From the NCBI GenBank assembly GCA_963748625.1, contig CAVVJT010000007.1, positions 800,001 through 864,000 on the forward strand: DNA of 64,000 nt, given 5' to 3'. The DNA comes from an uncultured Chloroflexia bacterium (GTDB lineage Bacteria; Chloroflexota; Limnocylindria; Limnocylindrales; CSP1-4). The position numbers and the translations under genes are program-made. Position 1 is the first letter of the stretch. Every line of letters starts with the position of its first letter. Positions 55,371 through 64,000 of the stretch are shown piece after piece. The notes beneath the pieces were generated by a model. That model had not been told where the DNA came from. It saw only the letters and a program-made list of their open reading frames with translations, and searched no databases.

Positions 55371-55856
55371 CTACGACTTGGAGAAGCGACCCGTCGCCCG
55401 CCCCTGGCGAATCCAGATCGCCATGGCGACGAGGAACCGCAGGATCAGCGAGATGCCGTAGAGCGTGCACCAGATGCACACGGCCTTGATCACGAACACC
55501 TGCAGCGCCAGGAAGTAGATCTCGAAGATCACGCCCACGAGCGACAGCCCGTAGTGGACGTCGAGCAGGGCAGGCTTGTCGGTCTTGACCCAGGCGAGCG
55601 CGAGCACCAGGAGGATCGTCGACAGGATCACGCCATACACGGCGACCGGGAACGGCCCGATCCATGCGTACTCGGAGGCCGCCACTGTCTCGCAGCCGTG
55701 GAGCGGGCCGCAGTACGGCACGCCGCCCCCGAGCTCCACGGTGGAGAGGTAGAGGGCGATCGCCAGGCCGATCACGTCGAGGACGACGAGGATCCAGCCG
55801 GGATGGATGCCGCGGATGCGCGGCGTGGGGGACGTCTTGGCGGTGTCGGAAGTCAT
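55371..55856 (-). CDS. Vitamin K epoxide reductase (VKOR) family protein
   Basis: C.....C..V..S.YA, CIWC active site, four TM helices. Confidence 0.9.
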   Translation of the reverse strand: MTSDTAKTSPTPRIRGIHPGWILVVLDVIGLAIALYLSTVELGGGVPYCGPLHGCETVAASEYAWIGPFPVAVYGVILSTILLVLALAWVKTDKPALLDVHYGLSLVGVIFEIYFLALQVFVIKAVCIWCTLYGISLILRFLVAMAIWIRQGRATGRFSKS

Positions 55857-56076
55857 GACCCGCCCAGCATAATCGGTTCGCGCCGGATACCCCGCGGACC
55901 CGGTCGGCCCATCACGGCACGGCCATTGGCCCCCTGTTCGACAGGCGCATGGGCCACCCGGTGCGCCCGATGGCCCATGCGCGCCCGCGCGAATGGCGCG
56001 AACCTTGGCAGCACACATCCGCCTTCCGCGTCCCAGCCTGCCCGCCACAGCTCCGGCGGGCCCATCGAGGAACCCG

Positions 56077-58812
56077 ATGACGGCACATCTCCCGGCGTCC
56101 AGCCCCACCAGCGACGTGCTGGCCGATGCCCGCAATCCGCTCAACGCGATCTTCCATCCGCGCTCGATCGCCGTAGTCGGCGCCACCGAGAAGGAGGGTT
56201 CGGTCGGCAGGACGATCCTCTGGAACCTGCTCTCCTCGCCCTTCGGCGGGACCGTCTACCCGGTCAACCCCACCAGGCCCGCCATCCTGGGCGTCAAGGC
56301 CTACTCGTCCATCAGCGCCATCCCGGATCCCGTGGACCTCGCGGTCATCGTGACGCCGGCCAAGACCGCCCCCGGCCTCGTCGAGGAGTGCGGCCAGGCC
56401 GGGATCAAGGGCGTGATCATCATCAGCGCGGGCTTCAAGGAGGTCGGCGCCGAGGGCGCGGAACTGGAGCGTCAGGTCCTGGAGCAGGCACGCAAGTACG
56501 GCATCCGCGTCGTCGGCCCCAACTGCCTGGGCATCATGAACCCGGTCGGGCGCCTGAACGCGACGTTCGCCGCCGGCATCGCCAACCCCGGCCGTGTCGG
56601 CTTCATCAGCCAGTCGGGCGCGCTGCTCACCGCGATCCTGGACTGGGCGGCCCTGGAGAACGTCGGCTTCAGCTCCATCGTGTCGCTGGGCTCCATGCTG
56701 GACGTGGGCTGGGGCGACGTCATCGAGTACCTGGGCGACGACCCGAACACGGACTCGATCGTCATCTACATGGAGACCATCGGCGACGCGCGGGCATTCC
56801 TGTCCGCCGCGCGCGAGGTGGCGCTCACCAAGCCGATCATCATCATCAAGCCCGGCCGGACCGTCCAGGCGGCCAAGGCTGCGGCCAGCCACACGGGCTC
56901 CCTGACGGGCTCGGACGACGTCCTCGATGCCGCCTTCCGGCGCGCGGGCGTCCTGCGGGTGGACTCGATCAGCGAGCTGTTCCAGATCTCCGAGATCCTG
57001 GCCAAGCAGCCGAGGCCTCGCGGCCGGAAGCTCTCGATCGTGACCAACGCAGGCGGACCGGGCGTCATCGCGACCGACGCGCTCATCGGCGGCGGCGGCG
57101 AGCTGACCGACATCAGCCCCGAGACGATGGAGGCGCTCAACGCCGTCCTGCCCGCGGTCTGGAGCCACAACAACCCGATCGACATCATCGGCGACGCCCC
57201 GCCGGATCGCTACGCCAAGGCCCTCGAGGTCGCGGCGGCAGACCCGGAGGCTGACGGCCTCCTGGTGGTCCTCACGCCGCAGGCGATGACGGACCCGACG
57301 GCCACCGCGCGGGCCCTGGTGAAGTACGCCAGCATCGAGGGCAAGCCGGTCCTGGCCTCCTGGATGGGCGGCCTCGACGTGGAGGAGGGCGCAAAGATCC
57401 TGCGCGAGGCGGGCATCCCGACCTTCCCCTACCCGGATCGCGCCTGCGTGCTGTTCAACTACCTCTGGAAGTACGACGAGCGCCTCCGCTCGCTGTACGA
57501 GACCCCGCGCCTCCCCGTGGCCACCGATCGCGGCGAGTTCCGCGAGGAAGTGGACCGCATCATCGAGGAGGTCACCGCTGAAGGCCGGACGCTGCTCACC
57601 GAGTACGAGTCCAAGAAGGTCCTGGCGGCCTACGGCATCCCGATCACGGACACCGAGATCGCCGTGACGCCCGATGCGGCCGTCGAGGCGGCCGAGCAGA
57701 TCGGCTACCCCGTGGTCGTGAAGCTGCTCTCGCGGACGATCACGCACAAGACCGACGTGGGCGGCGTGGCGCTCAACCTCAAGTCCGCGGACGCCGTCCG
57801 CGATGCCTTCGAGAAGATCCAGGTCGCGGTCAGCGAGCGCGTCGGCGCCGAGCACTTCGAGGGCGTCACCGTCCAGCCGATGATCAACTGGACCGGCTAC
57901 GAGCTGATCGTCGGGTCCAGCGTGGACCCGCAGTTCGGCCCCGTCCTCCTGTTCGGCATGGGTGGCCAGCTGGTGGAGGTGTTCCGCGACCGGGCGCTGG
58001 CCCTGCCCCCGCTCAACACGTCGCTGGCGCTGCACCTCATCGACGAGACCCGGATCTCAGAGGCGCTGCGGGGCGTTCGCGGGCGCAAGCCCGTGGACCG
58101 CGAGGTGATGGCGTCGCTCCTTGTCCGCTTCAGCGAGCTCGTGGCGGAGCAGCCGCGCATCGCCGAGATCGACATCAACCCGCTGCTGGCCTCCCCGGAG
58201 CGGGTGATCGCGCTCGACGCCCGCGTGGTGCTCCACCCGGCCGAGATCGCGGACAAGGACCTGCCGAAGCTCGCGATCCGCCCGTACCCGTACCAGTACG
58301 AGCTCCGCACGCAGACCGAGGACGGCAGGCCGATCTGCATCCGGCCGATCCGGCCCGAGGACGAGCCTGCGGTCATCGCCTTCCACAAGGGCCTCTCGGA
58401 GGAGACGGTCGTCGCCCGCTACGGCGTCAACCGGCCGCTCGAGGAGCGCATCGACCACTCACGCATGACCCGCATCTGCTTCGCCGACTATGACCGCCAG
58501 TTCGCGCTGGTCGTCGAGAACGGCTGCGACGACGGTGCGCGTGGCGAGATCATCGGGATGTCGCGGCAGGTCCGCATGCACGCCTCGGACGATCGCCACC
58601 TGACCATGGTGGTCGCCGACGGCTGGCAGCGGCAAGGGATCGGCGCCAAGCTCGTCCAGGCCCAGGAGGCCGTGGCCAGGGGCGAGGGCGTCGCCAACCT
58701 CATCTCGGAGCTCGCGCCCGAGAATGTCGGGATGCGGGAGCTGCTCGAGAGCGAGGGCTTCGCGATCGAGGAGCAGGAGGGACACCTGCGGGCGAGGCTC
58801 GCGATCTCCTGA
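56077..58812 (+). CDS. Acetate-CoA ligase (ADP-forming)-GNAT fusion (Pat/YfiQ-like)
   Basis: [59 protein letters not shown]. Confidence 0.92.
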   Translation: MTAHLPASSPTSDVLADARNPLNAIFHPRSIAVVGATEKEGSVGRTILWNLLSSPFGGTVYPVNPTRPAILGVKAYSSISAIPDPVDLAVIVTPAKTAPGLVEECGQAGIKGVIIISAGFKEVGAEGAELERQVLEQARKYGIRVVGPNCLGIMNPVGRLNATFAAGIANPGRVGFISQSGALLTAILDWAALENVGFSSIVSLGSMLDVGWGDVIEYLGDDPNTDSIVIYMETIGDARAFLSAAREVALTKPIIIIKPGRTVQAAKAAASHTGSLTGSDDVLDAAFRRAGVLRVDSISELFQISEILAKQPRPRGRKLSIVTNAGGPGVIATDALIGGGGELTDISPETMEALNAVLPAVWSHNNPIDIIGDAPPDRYAKALEVAAADPEADGLLVVLTPQAMTDPTATARALVKYASIEGKPVLASWMGGLDVEEGAKILREAGIPTFPYPDRACVLFNYLWKYDERLRSLYETPRLPVATDRGEFREEVDRIIEEVTAEGRTLLTEYESKKVLAAYGIPITDTEIAVTPDAAVEAAEQIGYPVVVKLLSRTITHKTDVGGVALNLKSADAVRDAFEKIQVAVSERVGAEHFEGVTVQPMINWTGYELIVGSSVDPQFGPVLLFGMGGQLVEVFRDRALALPPLNTSLALHLIDETRISEALRGVRGRKPVDREVMASLLVRFSELVAEQPRIAEIDINPLLASPERVIALDARVVLHPAEIADKDLPKLAIRPYPYQYELRTQTEDGRPICIRPIRPEDEPAVIAFHKGLSEETVVARYGVNRPLEERIDHSRMTRICFADYDRQFALVVENGCDDGARGEIIGMSRQVRMHASDDRHLTMVVADGWQRQGIGAKLVQAQEAVARGEGVANLISELAPENVGMRELLESEGFAIEEQEGHLRARLAIS

Positions 58813-58876
58813 GGAACGCCCCTCCCGCAGATCATCGCAACTCCTGGCCCCGGGCCTCGCCGAGCAGGCGGTGCCC

Positions 58877-58960
58877 GGGGCTTGTTCATGGGCGGGGTTT
58901 GTTCATGAGCGGGGCTTCGTCGTGGGCGGGGCTTGTTCGCGCCCGGGGGCTTCTTCGTGG
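58877..58960. repeat. About 18 bp degenerate tandem repeat x5 (GGGGCTTGTTCATGGGC)
   Basis: Read directly from the sequence. Confidence 0.7.
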
Positions 58961-59187
58961 CGCGGCGCCCGAACCCCGCGGCCAGCCGCCCAGCGGGCCC
59001 TGCGAGCAGGATTCCGCGCAACCCGCCCGCCGGGCGGCACGATCGGGCTCCGGAACGCCCGAAACGCCCGAAACGCCGGGAATCTGCCGCTGTGCGGGCA
59101 GGCTGCGCAATACCTCGCACGTGCGGCCCGCCGCACGGGAGGGCAGCCTCTCCGATACGCCGCGCCAGCGCTCGTGGTCCGGCGTCG

Positions 59188-59298
59188 CCCCCACCCATGG
59201 GGCGATACCGCCGCTCGCCCTCGTACATCAACCCCCGAAGCGACGAACGGGGCGTCGATCCCTGCGTGCATGGGCCCCTGACGCCCCCGTGGTGGGGA
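59188..59298. repeat. About 110 bp element with terminal inverted repeats, copy 1
   Basis: CCACCCATGGGGCG...CGCCCCCGTGGTGGGG; collinear with 61012-61124. Confidence 0.7.
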
Positions 59299-59493
59299 TC
59301 GGCGGGTTGCAGGTGGCCCAAGGCGGGCCCGGCGCCGGGCCGACCAGGAGCGCCTGACTGGACGACCAGGGGTGCCGGACCCGCCGCGACGCTTGTGTCA
59401 CCCAATCTCATGACTCAACAGCATTCCGGATCGGCCACAATCGGACCTGCCGCCGGAACCCGGGACATACGGGCGGCACCTTCGGATTGCCTG

Positions 59494-60930
59494 ATGCCTG
59501 ATCACCGTCCGCCGCTTCGTCCGCGGGCCGTCGCCGTTGCGACGGCCCTCCTCCTGCTTGCCCTGCTCGGACCGGTCGCGGCGGTGCGCCCGCTGGGGGT
59601 TGTGGCAGCGGACCCGGGTGTGGATCCGTCAGCGTCGGCATCGGTAGAGCCGTCCGCTTCGGTCGCGCCGTCCGCTTCGGTCGCGCCGTCCGCAGCGGCT
59701 GAGGCGTCGACGCCGGTCGAGCCCGCCGCCGCGGCGTCGGAATCGGCTTCGGCATCAGCGGCGCCGTCGGTGTCGGTCGAGCCGTCGGCATCGGCATCGG
59801 CATCGGTTGCGCCCACCGCGTCACCCTCGGCATCGGCGTCGGCGGAGCCAACCGCAACCCCGACCATCTCGCCCAGCCCGACGGCGAGCCCCACACCCCG
59901 GCCGACCCCGACCGCGCCCCCGTCGGACAGCCTCCGCCTCACACGCCTCAAGGTGATCCGCGGTTCGATCACCCCCAAGTCGATCGTCGCCACGCAGACC
60001 GGCCTGTTCTTCGCCCAGAACATGATGTACCGGCACACGATGACCGTGTACAACCGCAGGGGCGACCTGGTGAAGACCATCTCCGACCGGGTGACGCTGG
60101 CCAACTTCGGCTTCCCGGCATGGCCATATCCCGTGAACGGCGCGCCCGTCGAGGCCGCTGTTGCGCCGGACGGCAGGCACATGTACGTGAGCCAGTACTC
60201 GATGTACGGGCGCGGGTTCCCGCACCCCGGCTGGGACACGGGCTGGGTTGACGACGTGATCGACCGCTCGTTCGTCTACGAGATCAGCACCTCGACCTTG
60301 CGCAAGACCAGGGTCTTCCGTGTCGGCCCGGTCCCCAAGGCCGTGGCCGTCAGCCCGGATGGCCGCTGGCTGCTGGCCGGCAACTGGACCAACCGCGACG
60401 TGTCCGTGGTCGACCTGCGGAAGGGTCGCGAGGTGAAGCGCATCGTGGTGGGCGGCAACCCCCGGGGCATCGCCTTCACCGCCGACGGCGCAACCGTGTA
60501 CCTCTCGGCCGAGTCGGGCCAGCGGATCCTCCGCTACAGCTTCCGGACCGGGTCGCTCACCACCCTCATCCCCCTGCTGCCCGGCGAGCCCCGCCACCTG
60601 GTGATCGATCGCAGCGGACGCTACCTCTACGCGTCGCTCAACAAGGGCGGCGGAGTGGTCAAGATCGACATCGCGCAGCGCAGGGTTGTGGACCGGACGA
60701 ACACGGGCAGCAACCCGCGCACGATCGTGCTAGCCCCCGACGGCCGCAGCCTGTACGTCGTCAACTACGAGAGCCAGACGGTGACCAAGGTCCGCACCAG
60801 GGACATGCTGGTCATCCAGCGGCTCAAGACGGCGGGCGTGCACCCCGTGGGCATCGACTACGACATCAAGTCACGGACGATCTGGGTGTCGTGCTACCGG
60901 GGCACGATCGAGCGGTTCGCCGATCGCTGA
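59494..60930 (+). CDS. Secreted YncE/YVTN beta-propeller with S/A/P-rich linker
   Basis: VGPVPKAVAVSPDG, VGGNPRGIAF, TGSNPRTI..APDG repeats. Confidence 0.85.
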   Translation: MPDHRPPLRPRAVAVATALLLLALLGPVAAVRPLGVVAADPGVDPSASASVEPSASVAPSASVAPSAAAEASTPVEPAAAASESASASAAPSVSVEPSASASASVAPTASPSASASAEPTATPTISPSPTASPTPRPTPTAPPSDSLRLTRLKVIRGSITPKSIVATQTGLFFAQNMMYRHTMTVYNRRGDLVKTISDRVTLANFGFPAWPYPVNGAPVEAAVAPDGRHMYVSQYSMYGRGFPHPGWDTGWVDDVIDRSFVYEISTSTLRKTRVFRVGPVPKAVAVSPDGRWLLAGNWTNRDVSVVDLRKGREVKRIVVGGNPRGIAFTADGATVYLSAESGQRILRYSFRTGSLTTLIPLLPGEPRHLVIDRSGRYLYASLNKGGGVVKIDIAQRRVVDRTNTGSNPRTIVLAPDGRSLYVVNYESQTVTKVRTRDMLVIQRLKTAGVHPVGIDYDIKSRTIWVSCYRGTIERFADR

Positions 60931-61011
60931 CGGGCTCCCCGTTCGCTGCTCCCCGTTCGCTGCGCCCCCGCCGGCCGCCCCCGTCGCCGCGGCGCCCGCT
61001 GGCCGGCTCCG

Positions 61012-61124
61012 TCCTCCACCCATGGGGCGAATCCGCCGCTCGCCGTCGTAGGTCGATCGCTGGATCGACAAACGGGGAGTCGATCTCCTCGTGCGTGCGC
61101 CGTTGGCGCCCCCATGGCGGGGGA
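61012..61124. repeat. About 110 bp element with terminal inverted repeats, copy 2
   Basis: CCACCCATGGGGCG...CGCCCCCATGGCGGGG. Confidence 0.7.
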
Positions 61125-61192
61125 ACGCCGGGTGGCAGGCGGCCTAACGCTGGTGCCGGGCACGGCGGGCGTGGACGGTCACGCCTTGAAGG

Positions 61193-61459
61193 TCACGCGC
61201 TGAAGGTCACGCGCCAGGCGTTCGCAGCTGCCGGATCCCGCCAGCGCTCGCGCAGGATGGCGGCGAGAGCACGGACGGGCTGCGGCGTGTCACGGGCGGT
61301 GTACGCCTCGTCGAGCAGCTCGGCCTGGTCCTCGTCAAGCTCGCCCTCGAACCAGCCCTCGCCCTCCGCGAACTCGAGGCCCAGCCAGTCGAGTGCGGAC
61401 TCCGCCTCGTCGATGTCGGGGAAGGTCATGACGGTCTCTGGGGTCCGGGTGTCGCTCAT
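61193..61459 (-). CDS. Small acidic hypothetical protein
   Basis: 88-aa ORF, AGGA RBS, GC3-biased codons. Confidence 0.6.
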   Translation of the reverse strand: MSDTRTPETVMTFPDIDEAESALDWLGLEFAEGEGWFEGELDEDQAELLDEAYTARDTPQPVRALAAILRERWRDPAAANAWRVTFSA

Positions 61460-61480
61460 CGGTGCATCCTACCGGCGCGC

Positions 61481-64000
61481 TCAGGAACGGACCGGATCGC
61501 CATCGACCAGGCCGAGCTGCTGGGCGACGAGTGCGGCCTCCAGGCGCCCGTCCACGCCCAGCTTGCCGAGGATCGCGGACACGTGGACGCTCGCCGTCTT
61601 GGGCGAGATGAAGAGCCGCTCGCCGATCTCGCGGTTCGTGAGGCCTCCAGCCACCAGGCGCAGGACCTCGACCTCGCGCTCGGTGAGGCCGAGTGGGGCG
61701 ACGGACTGGCCGGCCGTCGTGACCCCGTCGCCGGCGACTGCGCCCGCAGCGGGGTCGGCCGGATCACGGTCCACGGCGAGCCGGGCGCGCCGCGCGAGGA
61801 GGCGGAGGTCCGCCTCCAGCGCAACGTGGCCCCCGGCAGCGGCAAGACCCACACCCTCGCGGACCAGGGCCGTGGCCTCCGCGCGACCGCCGGGGGCGAG
61901 GACGAGCGCCTCGGCCAGCCGGAGACACGCATAGGCCCGCGCGGCTGGACGGCGTGGAGTGCATCGCGCCTCCTCCTCGAGGGCCTCCCGCCAGCCGGCG
62001 ACGGCAGCCTCGCCCGTCGGGTCATCGGCGCGGGCGAGCTCGGCCGCCGCGAGTGCGAGATGGACGGCCTGGGCGCGGCGCAGCTCCTCGTGCGCGTGCA
62101 GGAAGCGCATCATGCGGACGAGGCGGGCACGGTCACCGCCACCCGGGTCAACCCCAGCCGATCCGCCGGACCCACCCGTCGTGCGGGCAAGTCCCGCCGC
62201 CTCGGCCACGGCCTGTGCCCCGAGATGCAGCAGCGGACCCACGCTGGCGCCGAGGACCACCAGCGGAACACCCGCACCGTCGCGCTGCGCCGACGATGCC
62301 TGGCGGGCTCCGGCGTCGGACAGCGAGCGCAGCGTGGCCAGGGCATGGGCGGTCCCGCCACGCCGCAGGGCCAGGCCGACCTCCGCGACCGACAGCCAGC
62401 CGAGCGCATCGAGGCCCCGTGCCGGACCGGCGAGCTGGACAGCGCTCCGAAGCGCCGTCTCGGCGTCGGCTACGCGACCCTGCTCGAGGGCCACCAGTGC
62501 GGAGGCGACGTGCAGGGCGACATGACCGGGGCCCACGGGACCGATCGCCATCCCGGCCTCGACCTGCGCCGCCGCCTCCCCGACGCGGCCGAGCGGCACG
62601 AGGCACCGGGCGGCGTCTGCGGCGAGCAGCGCCCCGTAGGTGCGCCCGAGCCCTGACGCGCGGCAGAGGTCCACGCCCGCAAGCGCGGTCGCAGCGGCCT
62701 CGTCGAGAAGGCCCGCCATCTCCAGTGCGCGCGACAGGTGGTCGGCGGCCAGGGCGCGCCCCCGGACCTCGCCGATGCCTGCCGCTGCGGCCGCCCCGAG
62801 CCGGATCAGCCCGAGCGCGTCCTCCACCCGGCCCGCGTACATCAGGCTCCAGCCCAGCACCCCGCCCGCGAGCGCCTGCTCCTCGCGGGCACCGGCAGCT
62901 CCGGCGACCTCGAGCGCGCTGATCGCCGTGGTGCGCGACCGGCGCACGTCGCCGGTGTAGAGGTAGAGGCCGGCGAGATGGGCAAGCACGCTGGCTCGCG
63001 CCCGGCCGGCGCCGGCGTCCACGATCCCGGCCGCCCGTTCGGCCTCGGCCAGGGCGCCGGCCGTGTCACCGGATTCCCACATGGACCGCCGCAGCCGTTC
63101 CAGGGCGGTCACGACGCGCGGGTCCCCGGACTCCAGCCCCAGCTCGGCGACCACCCCGCGCTCCAGGTCGATCGCGTGGGCGTGATCGCCGGCCATCGCT
63201 GCGGCGCCTGACGCCGCCTGCGCAAGGTCCACCCGGTCGAACGCCGAGAGGTCATCCGCTGCGGGCACGGCCGGCCACAGGGCGAGCGCCCGGTCGAAGT
63301 GCTCCTGGGCGGTCTCGAACCCGAAGACCTCCCGTGCTGCCAGCCCAGCGCCGATGTGCGCCTGGAGGGCCCGGCCCGGCTCACCGGCCGCGTCCCAGTG
63401 ATAGGCGAGCTCCGCCTGGTCGGCGGGCCACGCCCGGCCCGACGTCAGGGCAAGGGCGAACGCCTCGTGCAGCCGGGCGCGCTCGCCGGGCAGCAGCTCC
63501 GCGGCCACCGCCTCGCGCACGAGATCGTGGCGGAACGCGTATCCGTCCCGACCGGACGTGCGGGCGGGAACCAGGAGGCCCTCGGCGATCGCGGCTCGGA
63601 TCCCCGCGTGCACCTGGGGCGCCGCGAGACCGGTCGCATCCACGAGGAGCTGGTCATCCACCATGCGTCCGGCCGCAGACGCAAGGCGCAGCACGTCGTG
63701 GGCCTCCCGGGGCAGGCCGGCGATCCGAGAGGCGACCAGGTCCCGCAGCCGGGGCGAGGCCGAGGAGGACCAGGCACCCCCGGCCTCGATCCAGGCGAGC
63801 AGTTCGGAGGCGAACAGCGGGTTGCCCCCGGCCCGCTGCTGGATCCGCGCGACGAGATCGGGGTCTGGCGCCCGGCCGAGGAGTGCGGCCACCTGGGCGC
63901 TGGTTGCCCCGAGCCCGAACAGGGCGAGCTCAAGGCGCTCCACGCGGGTGCTCCGGTCGAGGCCGGCCGACGAAGGCTGCCGCCACCTCCGGCAGGCCGC
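61481..64000 (-). CDS. MalT-like AAA ATPase-LuxR regulator, 5' end outside the window
   Basis: GGNPLF, FRHDLVREA, GLTEREVEVL..VAGGLTNREI...LFISPKTASVHVS. Confidence 0.88.
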   Translation of the reverse strand, partial: AACRRWRQPSSAGLDRSTRVERLELALFGLGATSAQVAALLGRAPDPDLVARIQQRAGGNPLFASELLAWIEAGGAWSSSASPRLRDLVASRIAGLPREAHDVLRLASAAGRMVDDQLLVDATGLAAPQVHAGIRAAIAEGLLVPARTSGRDGYAFRHDLVREAVAAELLPGERARLHEAFALALTSGRAWPADQAELAYHWDAAGEPGRALQAHIGAGLAAREVFGFETAQEHFDRALALWPAVPAADDLSAFDRVDLAQAASGAAAMAGDHAHAIDLERGVVAELGLESGDPRVVTALERLRRSMWESGDTAGALAEAERAAGIVDAGAGRARASVLAHLAGLYLYTGDVRRSRTTAISALEVAGAAGAREEQALAGGVLGWSLMYAGRVEDALGLIRLGAAAAAGIGEVRGRALAADHLSRALEMAGLLDEAAATALAGVDLCRASGLGRTYGALLAADAARCLVPLGRVGEAAAQVEAGMAIGPVGPGHVALHVASALVALEQGRVADAETALRSAVQLAGPARGLDALGWLSVAEVGLALRRGGTAHALATLRSLSDAGARQASSAQRDGAGVPLVVLGASVGPLLHLGAQAVAEAAGLARTTGGSGGSAGVDPGGGDRARLVRMMRFLHAHEELRRAQAVHLALAAAELARADDPTGEAAVAGWREALEEEARCTPRRPAARAYACLRLAEALVLAPGGRAEATALVREGVGLAAAGGHVALEADLRLLARRARLAVDRDPADPAAGAVAGDGVTTAGQSVAPLGLTEREVEVLRLVAGGLTNREIGERLFISPKTASVHVSAILGKLGVDGRLEAALVAQQLGLVDGDPVRS

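Overview
High-GC bacterial DNA. Gene content (P/T-rich secreted proteins, MalT-like AAA-LuxR regulators, LLM oxidoreductases) is Chloroflexota/Actinobacteria-like, but this is an impression, not a taxonomic call. Many conserved genes carry single-base frameshifts, which suggests uncorrected long-read errors. The flanks (1-22.7 kb and 36.9-64 kb) hold ordinary metabolic and regulatory genes: a TMADH-family flavoprotein, an ECF sigma factor, a two-component pair, a yybP-ykoY riboswitch with TerC, GSIII, ResB, GGDEF, SCO/PCuAC, VKOR and a Pat-type ligase/acetyltransferase. The notable part is a 14 kb integration hotspot (22.78-36.78 kb) downstream of a minus-strand tRNA-Pro(CGG). At least four clear and two degenerate copies of the tRNA 3' end divide it into tandem islets, and no integrase is visible. 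The clear copies read in one frame as a (G)RGE(R/G)... peptide, consistent with a recombinase C-terminal tail split by its own att site. The islets carry four toxin-antitoxin classes, a SWIM protein and a lysis-cassette remnant. They also contain an array of four copies of a small HTH gene (one full-length, three 5'-truncated), each followed by different cargo. A roughly 450 bp A/T-only tract inside the hotspot is probably a sequencing artefact.
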